A DNA stretch of 64,000 bases from Macrostomum lignano (taxonomy: Eukaryota), in the NCBI GenBank assembly GCA_002269645.1, contig NIVC01001654.1, positions 124,001 through 188,000 on the forward strand, given 5' to 3'. The position numbers and the translations under genes were made by a program. Shown here in pieces: positions 30,285-41,019 of this stretch. The notes beneath the pieces were generated by a model. It searched no databases. It was not told the DNA's origin and saw only the letters and a list, made by a program, of their open reading frames with translations. Position 1 is the stretch's first letter. Each line of letters begins with the position of its first letter.

Positions 30285-32170
30285 TAGAGCTGCGGCTCAT
30301 GGAGGGACGTAAAAATTCTGGAGCTGCGGCTCATAAAGTGACACAAACGGTCTACAGCAGCGGCTCATAGAGTGACACAACAAGCCTAAAGCAGGAGGTG
30401 GCTCATAGAGTGACACAACAAGCCTAAAGCAGTGAGTGGCTCATAGAGTGACACAACAAGCCTAAAGCAGTAGGTGGCTCATAGAGTGACACAACAAGCC
30501 TAAAGCAGTAGGTGGCTCATAGAGTGACACAACAAGCCTAAAGCAGTAGGTGGCTCATAGAGTGACACAACAATCCTAAAGCAGTGAGTGGCTCATAGAG
30601 TGACACAACAAGCCTAAAGCAGTGAGTGGCTCATAGAGTGACACAACAAGCCTAAAGCAGTGAGTGGCTCATAGAGTGACACAACAAGCCTAAAGCAGTG
30701 GGTGACTCATAGAGTGACACAACAAGCCTAAAGCAGTGAGTGGCTCATAGAGTGACACAACAAGCCTAAAGCAGTGGGTGACTCATAGAGTGACACAACA
30801 AGCCTAAAGCAGTGAGTGGCTCATAGAGTGACACAAAGTGTCTAGAGCTGCGGCTAATAGAGAGACACAAACATCAAGTAACTGCGGCTCATTAAGTGAC
30901 ACAAAAAGCCTAGAGCAGCGGCTCATAGAGTGACACAAATAGTCTAGAGTAGTGGGTCATAGAGTGACACAACAAGCCTAAAGCAGTGGGTGACTCATAG
31001 AGTGACACAACAAGCCTAAAGCAGTAGGTGGCTCATAGAGTGACACAACAATCCTAAAGCAGTAGGTGGCCCATAAAGTGACACAAACGGTCTACAGCAG
31101 CGGCTCATAGAGTGACACAACAAGCCTAAAGCAGTAGGTGGCTCATAGAGTGACACAACAAGCCTAAAGCAGTGAGTGGCTCATAGAGTGACACAACAAG
31201 CCTAAAGCAGTAGGTGGCTCATAGAGTGACACAACAATCCTAAAGCAGTTGGTGGCTCATAGAGTGACACAACAATCCTAAAGCAGTGAGTGGCTCATAG
31301 AGTGACACAACAAGCCTAAAGCAGTGAGTGGCTCATAGAGTGACACAAAGTGTCTAGAGCTGCGGCTAATAGAGAGACACAAAAATCAAGTAACTGCGGC
31401 TCATTAAGTGACACAAAAAGCCTAGAGCAGCGGCTCATAGAGTGACACAAATAGTCTAGAGTAGTGGGTCATAGAGTGACACAACAAGCCTAAAGCAGTG
31501 GGTGACTCATAGAGTGACACAACAAGCCTAAAGCAGTAGGTGGCTCATAGAGTGACACAACAATCCTAAAGCAGTAGGTGGCCCATAAAGTGACACAAAC
31601 GGTCTACAGCAGCGGCTCATAGAGTGACACAACAAGCCTAAAGCAGTAGGTGGCTCATAGAGTGACACAACAAGCCTAAAGCAGTAGGTGGCTCATAGAG
31701 TGACACAACAATCCTAAAGCAGTTGGTGGCTCATAGAGTGACACAACAATCCTAAAGCAGTGAGTGGCTCATAGAGTGACACAACAAGCCTAAAGCAGTG
31801 AGTGGCTCATAGAGTGACACAACAAGCCTAAAACAGTGGGTGACTCATAGAGTGACACAACAAGCCTAAAGCAGTGAGTGACTCATAGAGTGACACAACA
31901 AGCCTAAAGCAGTGGGTGACTCATAGAGTGACACAACAAGCCTAAAGCAGTGAGTGGCTCATAGAGTGACACAAAGTGTCTAGAGCTGCGGCTAATAGAG
32001 AGACACAAAAATCAAGTAACTGCGGCTCATTAAGTGACACAAAAAGCCTAGAGCAGCGGCTCATAGAGTGACACAAATAGTCTAGAGTAGTGGGTCATAG
32101 AGTGACACAAAAGGTCTAGAGCTGCGACTCATAGTGATACAAACGGTCTAGTCTCAAGCTGCGGCTCATA
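30285..32170. repeat. 38-bp satellite (CTCATAGAGTGACACAACAAGCCTAAAGCAGTGAGTGG) with higher-order blocks
   Basis: Monomer read directly; a divergent 4-monomer block recurs at about 30841, 31353 and 31979. Confidence 0.96.
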
Positions 32171-33070
32171 GGACTGTAATTTCTGAGATGGCTATTTATC
32201 CAAATTATACCGGTGTGTCCACGAGCGTATCTCACAAAAAGTGCATGAGCCAAGAAGGATAGACAGCTGTAATCTTCCCATCAAGCTGACTGTTATACCG
32301 ATCTCTCTCTCTCCTCTCTCTCGTTACATAGCCCTCCCGTTTAAGCTCATTGCCCTAAGTAAGAAAGCTTTAATCTGATTGGAACTAATAGTTTTAATCC
32401 CATTGATGTTACGATTTGATGGCCTCTGGGCAATCAGAAGAATCTTGTGTTAACTGCAGCCACAAAACTCGTGCCAACATAGCAAAGCATGAAGAGATAT
32501 TAGTTAAAAATACTTTTAGAAGATATTGTACATGATGAGGAATGTCAGCATGGGCCCACTGAGAGAAGTAAACAAGAGAGACATAAAAAATAAGGAAAAA
32601 ATAGAAGTGCTTTACCCGCACACTCAGATGAAGATCGTAATCATACATCTTATGCATAATGCATAATGGCCTTTTTGAAATTAGACTTGCTGAAAAAATT
32701 GACAGAGAAAGAAAATATCTCGCGACAAGCTTGAGGTGTCATTTTTCTTGTAACTGTTGGTTAATATCATATGCATTTTTTTCGAAAATTGGATAAATGG
32801 ATAGATCGGTCACATCTCACGCAGGAAAGTGAGAGAGGGAAAAAGACGGAGTTGGGACTGCGAGGTTGTCAATAAGCTAACGCTTACGATCGGCTAAGTA
32901 AATTAGCGATGAGTCATGCCCTGAGGAAGCTGACTGATGGCAAACAGTGATTGATTGACAGATTTTGAAGGCCTATGTACAGCTTTCACAATGCAAAAGG
33001 TGTTTTGATCGCGAATTCCACCATGTACTTCTTTCGCAGCCCAATCACAGCAAGGCAATTAACACTTCTG

Positions 33071-33384
33071 CCCCTCAAGCCTCTGCACTCACTCTGAGAA
33101 AACCCGCTAGCTGCAAAGCAGCCATAGACATCTGCGTCTGCCCACCAGCAGCAACAGCACTCGCTCTGAGAAAACCCGCTAGCTGCAGAGCAGCCATTAG
33201 ATTCACTAAAGAGCTTAAGTGTGTAAAAAAGGTGCTGTTTATTTGATGGCTGCTCTGCAGCCACAGTGGGTTTTCTCAAAGTGAGTGGCAGGGTGCCGCT
33301 GGTGCTGGCCGCAGACAGTTGCGTCTGCAGGCATTCAGCGGCTGGCGGATGGCTGTGCAGAGCAGCCAGCGGGAATTTGAGGGT
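33071..33384. repeat. Imperfect ~310-bp palindrome (foldback) with duplicated arm subunits
   Basis: 33136-33197 is the near reverse complement of 33246-33316 (CTGAGAAAACCCGCTAGCTGCAGAGCAGCCAT versus ATGGCTGCTCTGCAGCCACAGTGGGTTTTCTCAA), with an AT-rich spacer of about 48 bp. Confidence 0.8.
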
Positions 33385-33876
33385 GTTCAGGGCAGTGTTT
33401 CGAAAATTTATTGAAATTATCGATCCGTTTTCAACCCCCTCCCCTCATCTAATCTCTCTTGTCCGCTCAGCCAACCCCTTCATTTTAATAATTTGAACGG
33501 TCTTGCAGCGTGCACCTTTGCTCCCTGTTAATTTGAATCTCTATTTGTCTCAAACTACCAAGCAAAAATGCCTCCCTCACACGAAACGATCAGATTCTTT
33601 TTTTCATTTTCGCAAGCCACATTGCCCAGTCGTTTATTCGTGACTGCAGCTATCTCTCTCTATCTGCTTTCTTCCTTCCTTTGCGGCTGTCTCCGCAAAC
33701 AGCAAGGCAGGCGAGCCAGACTTTTTAGAGCTTTTTCCACCTTAAAAAATTTCTCTAGAGCTCGTTTTTTCTAATATTCTTCCAGAAGAAAAAGGAAGAA
33801 GAATCAGGCACAGGCGCTGGTCTTTCTCTAGCCGGCATGCGCGCTTGCACGTGTTGCTGTCTTTTCTATTCTTCAG

Positions 33877-34847
33877 TCTGCCTCCAGTCCTCCATTCAGC
33901 TTGGGAAACTTTCCCAGAACCGTGGGATGTGCTAAAGACGCTGCAGAAGGCTGGCGGTAGCAGCGTCTTTCTCTCAGCAGGGGGGGGGGCTCTGTCTCTA
34001 TGCGTGAACGATTCATGCTAAAAAAGCAGAACAAAATGTGACATCCGAAGAGGAACGTGACTAGGAAAAAAAGTTGCAAACCTAAAGAAACTTTTGCTTT
34101 GTTAGTTCATCTTTGGCTGATGAATCACACTTGGCCTACGGCAAAGGAAGATAGTCTGTGTTTATCCACTGTTATTGCCTAGTGCTTTAGTACTCACGGA
34201 AGGTAATACAGATTTCAAAGTGCTCACGCTGTGCTCAAAATTGTCGCAGACTCCGCCGATGCCATAACCGTCCGACGCCGCTACTACGAAGACCTGTTCC
34301 GCACCCGGAAAGCGCACGCCGACACGGCCCTGGAGCTGCGCCTCGCCCAGCTGGTCGAGCGCGAACGGGCAGCTCACGCGGCCAGCGTGGATCGCGCGCG
34401 GCAGGAACTGCTGAGAATCAGGCTGGCTCTGCCAAAACAGCAGCAGCAGCAGCCAGGGCAAGATCAGCCACCGGTCCAGCAGCCGCCTGCGCCATCCACC
34501 ACCGGCGTCGACAAGGGAGGCGGTGGCAGCGGCGCCAACTCGCTTGCCTCAGCTGATGAAGCCTTCGAAATGGAGCCCGATGACGATGACGATGGAGATG
34601 CGGCCGACCGCCGGTCAGCTGCCAGCAACGGCGAGGACGACGGCGAGGTGGAGCCCGAGATGGAGGAGATTCACAGCCAGCTGGCCAGCCGGAGGCCCGC
34701 GTCAGCCACCCCCGCTGCGTTGGCGCAGTCCCTGCCGATCGCCATCAACCGCTCCGCCGCCGTTGTTGCCGCCGCTGCTCAGGCCGCTGAGGACTTGCCC
34801 GTCACCAAGCCGCCTGCTGATGGTGAGACTGTCTGTCTGTCTGTCTG

Positions 34848-34894
<47 letters not shown>

Positions 34895-34905
34895 GTCTGT
34901 CTGTC

Positions 34906-34958
<53 letters not shown>

Positions 34959-34959
34959 A

Positions 34960-35000
<41 letters not shown>

Positions 35001-35001
35001 A

Positions 35002-35048
<47 letters not shown>

Positions 35049-35494
35049 TACTGTATGTCTGTCTGTCTGTCTGTCTGAGTCAGTCTCCGCCCACCCCGCC
35101 AGCTGCCTCAGGTGCCGATCCGCCCCTGCCAGACTCAGGCGAGTTCAAAGGCATGACAGACGCCGAGCGGCTGTACGTCATGCAGGCGGTGTCCTACAGG
35201 TACACGGCCAGCGTGCGCGAGCACGACCAGTTCGGCAGCCGAGGGCCGCCGTACCTGCGCCAGCTCGCCGAGAAGGCGCGCGACTCCCGCCGAGAGCAGC
35301 GCCGCGGCCGCGGGCTCAGCGTTGCCGACGAACTGCTGGAGGTTGAAGAATCTGGGCAGGAGGCGGACGTGTCGGCGGCGGGTGCTCCATCGGCTGTGGT
35401 GGTGCCGGAGGACAGCTTCCCCGGTCCGCAGCCGCGTGTGCTGAGAGCCAACACCGTCAGCGTGGACATGTCCAGGGCTTTTAAGAAACTGTGA
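33877..35494 (+). CDS. Putative PRAS40/AKT1S1 (Lobe)-like protein, 5' end not resolved; exons 33877-33956, 34250-34822 and 35103 (or 35112)-35494
   Basis: Phase-1 compatible GT-AG junctions join the two listed ORFs across a microsatellite intron. The product has a TOS-like motif FEMEP, then LAQSLPIAI (cf. AKSLPVSV), [22 protein letters not shown] (cf. IAASMRAL..VFGDLPRPRL) and a C-terminal RVLRANT..AFKKL (cf. RPRLNTSDFQKL). Family assigned by eye. Confidence 0.55.
34830..35077. repeat. (CTGT)n microsatellite forming most of a GT-AG intron
   Basis: Lies between donor G|GTGAGA (34823) and acceptors at 35102 or 35111. Confidence 0.93.
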
Positions 35495-35724
35495 CTTTGA
35501 TATAAATATATGTGTATATTTAGTGTTTTTGATTGATGGGATTTGACCTGTTCTGATGTGCTTTTTAGTCTAAATATTAAACAGTAATTTGTGGTGATGC
35601 TTAGCTTAGGCTGGCTGGGGATTTTGACCAGAAATCATGTAATAAGCTACTCATTAAAGCTGACTTTTAAGCTACTTGAGGTATGTGTTGAATAAGCTGT
35701 GCAAAAATATGCAATAGACTACTC

Positions 35725-36500
35725 ATAGTACGTTTAAGCTACTCATAGTAGGTTTAAGCTACTTATAGTTGGTTTAAGCTACTTATTGTTGGTTTAAGCT
35801 ACTTATAGTAGGTTTAAGCTACTTATTGTTGGTTTAAGCTACTTATAGTAGGTTTAAGCTACTTATTGTTGGTTTAAGCTACTTATAGTTGGTTTAAGCT
35901 ACTTATTGTTGGTTTAAGCTACTTATAGTAGGTTTAAGCTACTTATTGTTGGTTTATGCTACTTATTGTTGGTTTAAGCTACTTATTGTTGGTTTAAGCT
36001 ACTTATAGTTGGTTTAAGCTACTTATTGTTGGTTTAAGCTACTCATAGTAGGTTTAAGCTACTTATAGTAGGTTTAAGCTACTTATAGTTGGTTTAAGCT
36101 ACTCATAGTAGGTTTAAGCTACTTATAGTTGGTTTAAGCTACTTATAGTTGGTTTAAGCTACTTATAGTAGGTTTAAGCTACTTATAGTTGGTTTAAGCT
36201 ACTTATTGTTGGTTTAAGCTACTTATAGTAGGTTTAAGCTACTTATTGTTGGTTTAAGCTACTTATAGTTGGTTTAAGCTACTTATAGTAGGTTTAAGCT
36301 ACTTATAGTTGGTTTAAGCTACTTATAGTTGGTTTAAGCTACTTATTGTTGGTTTAAGCTACTCATAGTGGGTTTAAGCTACTCGTAGTAGGTTTAAGCC
36401 GCTCATAGTGGGCTTAAGCTACTTAAAGTAGGTTTAAGCTACTCAAAGTAGGTTTAAGCTACTCAAAGTAGGTTTAGGCTACTCGCAACAAATTTAAGCT
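35725..36500. repeat. 20-bp minisatellite (GGTTTAAGCTACTTATAGTT)
   Basis: Direct inspection. Confidence 0.96.
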
Positions 36501-37007
36501 ACTTAAACTACTAATAATTAAATCTAATGAAAATATTTTGCTTAACAAGAGGTGCACTTTCCTAGCATTTTAGATTGTAGTAGCTTTTAAATTTATAGGG
36601 CGAAATATTTTCCAAATGCTAGTCTTGTCGCATAGATAATTTCAGTTTTATTGCCGTGTCCGAAAGTTATTATTCATTAATTTTAATGACTTGCAGATTC
36701 AAATTAGGGTGTTGGAATTCTGAAAAGAATATTTTAATTCGGAATTTTTAAACAGAGAACGTATGTGTTATTATGATACTGATTATTTATTAGCAAATTA
36801 ATTTCGAATTTATTAAAGTTGACTGACTTTCCATTGTTGCATTGTTGAACTGGTATTGACATCAATTTTAACATGCCTCGCTTTTTATGCTGTCAACTCG
36901 TGCACTTTGCTAGATATAATTCAGGCTAACTGGTCATAACACTGGTTTACTTTTATCTAACAGGCAAATTTTGATTAAAAAATTGTAGACTCATGTCATA
37001 GAGGCTC

Positions 37008-37990
37008 AGGTGTGTCTCTTATAGAGGCTCAGGTGTGTCTCTTATAGAGGCTCAGGTGTGTCTCTTATAAAGGCTCAGGTGTGTCTCTTATAGAGGCTCA
37101 GGTGTGTCTCTTATAGAGGCTCAGGTGTGTCTCTTATAGAGGCTCAGGTGTGTCTCTTATAGAGGCTCAGGTGTGTCTCTTATAGAGGTTCAGGTGTGTC
37201 TCTTAGAGGCTCAGGTGTGTCTCTTAGAGGCTCAGGTGTGTCTCTTAGAGGCTCAGGTGTGTCTCTTAGAGGCTCAGGTGTGTCTCTTATAGAGGTTCAG
37301 GTGTGTCTCTTATAGAGGCTCAGGTGTGTCTCTTAGAGGCTCAGGTGTGTCTCTTATAGAGGCTCAGGTGTGTCTCTTATAGAGGCTCAGGTGTGTCTCT
37401 TATAAAGGCTCAGGTGTGTCTCTTATAGAGGCTCAGGTGTGTCTCTTATAGAGGCTCAGGTGTGTCTTATAGAGGCTCAGGTGTGTCTTATAGAGGCTCA
37501 GGTGTGTCTTATAGAGGCTCAGGTGTGTCTCTTATAGAGGCTCAGGTGTGTGTCTTATAGAGGCTCAGGTGTGTCTTATAGAGGCTCAGGTGTGTCTTAT
37601 AGAGGCTCAGGTGTGTCTCTTATAGAGGCTCAGGTGTGTGTCTTATAGAGGCTCAGGTGTGTCTCTTCTGGAGGCTCGGGTGTGTCTCTTATAGAGGCTC
37701 GGGTGTGTCTTATAGAGGCTCAGGTGTGTCTTATAAAGGCTCAGGTGTGTCTCTTATAGAGGCTCAGGTGTGTGTCTTATAGAGGCTCAGGTGTGTCTCT
37801 TCTGGAGGCTCAGGCGTGTCTCTTATAGAGGTTCAGGTGTGTCTCTTATAGAGGCTCAGGTGTGTCTCTTATAGAGGCTCAGGTGTGTGTCTTATAGAGG
37901 CTCAGGTGTGTCTCTTATAGAGGCTCAGGTGTGTCTCTTATAGAGGCTCAGGTGTGTCTCTCATAGACCCGGGTGTCTCTTATAGAGGTT
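37008..37990. repeat. 23/21-bp minisatellite (TAGAGGCTCAGGTGTGTCTCTTA)
   Basis: Direct inspection; monomers vary by 2-bp indels. Confidence 0.96.
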
Positions 37991-38554
37991 CGGGTGTCAG
38001 GTCAAGATCCTTTACTATCGCAGATTTTGTCGGCTTGAAAATTTCCTGACTAGTTTTATTACCAGCAATGTGCCAGTTGGTATTTTTGCTTTAAACAAAA
38101 ATTATTTTAATCTTCATTCTTTTGTTTTCCATCATTACCACCGTCAGACCGCTAATGCTTCTTAGTCCAGGCCGCTTGACTTACTCACATGCGCAAATAT
38201 ATTTATGTGTAAAATACCTATTTACCTGATCAGGTTTTCAGGATAAAATTCCTGACTATACCATGTACTTGGAATAAATTAAAATTTGACATTTGTGTTG
38301 CATACTAGCCTTAAGTATAAAGGCAGAGTTTTATTTATTATTCTTGCTACGTACGAATAGCCATGTCGAGCCATAGACTCTAATGAAAAGCTATGGCTAC
38401 AGGTCGTGAAGCAATCCAAGTCGATGAGCTTGGGGATAATAAAGCGGAAAAGATCAGAGCTGATCATATTTAAGACGAGCCAGACTCGCATACCATCGCT
38501 ACAATTATCGTGTGTGGCTTCTTCAAGGCATAACAGTGGCGTTGCAAGCACACA

Positions 38555-40993
38555 ATGAGCAAGTACACTAGTACCCACATGTCGCCCATCAAGTCGCCTG
38601 GCATGGGAGCTGCCAAGACCGTTACTAAGGAACCTTCTAAGGCTTCGAAAGCAAAGGCGCCTACCAAGTCACCGGTTAGAGAAAGTCAGCAGCTGTTTGG
38701 AAACTACCAGCTCAACGATGGATTTCACAACCGTTCGACTACTCATATGGCCGACATCGAGAAGTTGGAGGATGGCCGGTTGTTCCAACGTTGGCTTGAT
38801 CGCTTCTTAATCGCGTCTCGATTTTACAGATGGACAAGCGAAGACATGGCCCAAGTTTTGTTAATGAGGCTATCACCGGTGTTGTATGACAGTCTAGCAG
38901 ACCATCTGTCACCTGATTCGCCAAGCTCGAAGACGTTCGACGAACTGCAAAAAGCACTGAAGGAGATCTTGCAACCACAGACATACGCTTTGGCCGAACG
39001 CTTCACTTTTCAGAGTCTGAAGCGCGAGTCGGCGGAATCTGTTAGAGCGTTTGCAGAGCGCTTGCTAAAAGCATCTGACAAGTGTCTGTTTGCCAACAGA
39101 GAGGAGCGACTTCGAGATCAGTTGATTTTCGGCTTAAACGACAAGGTGATAATAGCCAAATTGCTAGTTAAGGATCACGAAGAACTCACTTTTAAGACGG
39201 CCGTGTCAGAAGCGGAGGCGATTCTAGCGTTGAAAGAGACGAAATTAATGCAGTTGGCTGGGGCAGTTCAGACAGGGCAAGTAATGAATGTCGGAAAACA
39301 AGTACCGCAGAAGCCAAAGAGGCTAACCGACAAGAAGTCAAATGCTTCCAGCGCTCCTACTCCTAGTAGTATCCGGTGTTCGAGATGCGGCGGCAACCAC
39401 AAAAATAAATCAGAGTGTCCAGCCATCGGCAAAACCTGTCGCAAGTGCGGTAAGCCGAACCATTTTGAAAAGCAGTGCAGATCCAAAGTCGGAAGTCAAC
39501 ACCACGTAGCGAAGACTGAAGACGTGCTGACGGCAGATGTCCTGGCGATCGCGAACACCCTCTCAACCAGAGGAGGATCCTGTCCGACCATCCAGCTGCC
39601 GTGCTCCGTCAAGGGTAAAAGCAGGCAGATTCAGTGTCAACTCGATACGGGGGCCACTGTATCTGTCATATCGAGCAGCTTGTGGAGAAGTTTGGGTAAG
39701 CCGCGGCTGCAACCCAGTGAAGCTGTACTGATTGGCTACACGGACGACCATAAGTTCGACCTTCTAGGCCAACTCGAGCTACAAGCTGTCTGGAACGGTG
39801 GTCCGATTCAAGTCACGTTCCATGTTGTGGCATCCAACAGAAGCTTCGCCTTATTGGGGCGAGATGTAGTGCACATTGACCTGGAGGCAATATCGATTGG
39901 ACACTCACATGTGCTGGATTCCGGACAGGAGATGCCCGAGATCGACGCTCAGACCAGGTTCAAGGCGCATCTACAGCTCAAGGATGACGCCACACCGAGG
40001 TACATGAAAGCACGCTCAGTTCCGTTTGCTTTAAAGGACAAGCTTCGATCAGAACTTGATGAGCTTCTGAGGGACGGAATAATTGAACCCGTGAAGTTCT
40101 CTAACTGGACGTCTCCTATTGTACTCATCCAGAAGTCAGATGGCGGTATTCGACTGTGCGTAGACTACAAGCAAACAGTAAACCCTCAGCTTGTGAACGA
40201 CAGTTACCCATCGCCAACCCCAGAGGAGGCTTTTTCAGCTGTCACCGGTTGTCATTTCTACTCTATTTTGGACCTGAAGAAGGCGTACCATCAAATAGAG
40301 CTGGATGAAACATCTAAGGAGTTGACAGTGATGGCCACCCCGTTCGGGAATTTTCGCTTCAATCGGTTAGTCTTCGGCATCAAAACAGCGCCATCAATTT
40401 TCCAGCGGTTTATCTCCGAGGTGATTCTAGGCACCCCGGGGGCCGTGGCGTATGTCGACGATATCCTGATTGGCGGCCGAACGAAGCAAGAGCTCAGTCA
40501 ACGAGAGTCGGCGGTCAGAAAGCAGCTGGCATGCTACAAGCTCAAGATCAACGAGTCTAAATGCCAGTTGGCGAAGAACCGTGTGCACTTTCTGGGCTTC
40601 ATCTTAGAATCTGGTGTAATAAAGCCAAGTGAGGAGAAAGTTCGAGCCATCCGGGAGATGACAGCTCCGAAAAGCATCGCCGAACTGGAATCGTTTCTAG
40701 GAATGATAAACTTCTCCGGTCGATTCATTAGAAATCTGGCTGAACTGATCGAGCCTTTATCAAGGCTGAGGCGGAAGGATAGCGAGTTCGTGTGGACTAA
40801 CGCAGAAGAATCCGCCTTCCAAAGGATCAAGGCGGCCCTGACTGAAGAGACCATGCTGGCGACCTATGACCCAAGTAAGCAGCTTGAACTTGAGTGTGAC
40901 GCGTCACAAGTCGCAATCGGAGCAGTTCTTAGTCAAGAAGGCGTGCCAATAATATTCGTCAGCAAGGTTCTGTCACCAGCAGAAAAGAAGTAG
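38555..40993 (+). CDS. Gypsy gag-protease-RT-partial RNase H polyprotein, truncated at the deletion junction
   Basis: Twin zinc knuckles CSRCGGNH..C and CRKCGKPNHFEKQC, protease LDTGA, RT LDLKKAYHQ and YVDD, RNase H start CDASQVAIGAVLSQ. Confidence 0.93.
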   Translation: MSKYTSTHMSPIKSPGMGAAKTVTKEPSKASKAKAPTKSPVRESQQLFGNYQLNDGFHNRSTTHMADIEKLEDGRLFQRWLDRFLIASRFYRWTSEDMAQVLLMRLSPVLYDSLADHLSPDSPSSKTFDELQKALKEILQPQTYALAERFTFQSLKRESAESVRAFAERLLKASDKCLFANREERLRDQLIFGLNDKVIIAKLLVKDHEELTFKTAVSEAEAILALKETKLMQLAGAVQTGQVMNVGKQVPQKPKRLTDKKSNASSAPTPSSIRCSRCGGNHKNKSECPAIGKTCRKCGKPNHFEKQCRSKVGSQHHVAKTEDVLTADVLAIANTLSTRGGSCPTIQLPCSVKGKSRQIQCQLDTGATVSVISSSLWRSLGKPRLQPSEAVLIGYTDDHKFDLLGQLELQAVWNGGPIQVTFHVVASNRSFALLGRDVVHIDLEAISIGHSHVLDSGQEMPEIDAQTRFKAHLQLKDDATPRYMKARSVPFALKDKLRSELDELLRDGIIEPVKFSNWTSPIVLIQKSDGGIRLCVDYKQTVNPQLVNDSYPSPTPEEAFSAVTGCHFYSILDLKKAYHQIELDETSKELTVMATPFGNFRFNRLVFGIKTAPSIFQRFISEVILGTPGAVAYVDDILIGGRTKQELSQRESAVRKQLACYKLKINESKCQLAKNRVHFLGFILESGVIKPSEEKVRAIREMTAPKSIAELESFLGMINFSGRFIRNLAELIEPLSRLRRKDSEFVWTNAEESAFQRIKAALTEETMLATYDPSKQLELECDASQVAIGAVLSQEGVPIIFVSKVLSPAEKK

Positions 40994-41019
40994 AAGTAGA
41001 CAGCCAGCTACCAGAGCGT

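Noticed and set aside
30285-32170. Possible CRISPR array (regular 38-bp period)
   Set aside because: Monomers are contiguous with no unique spacers, there are no cas genes, and the context is eukaryotic. The same holds for the 37-bp and 61-bp repeats.
34553-34572. CTGATGA..GAAA hammerhead-like core
   Set aside because: Lies in the coding frame ADEAFEM and stem II cannot close; coincidental.
40991-40993. Programmed stop-codon readthrough or frameshift in the Gypsy pol
   Set aside because: The downstream ORF is in another frame and the conserved RNase H residues are physically missing, so this is a deletion.
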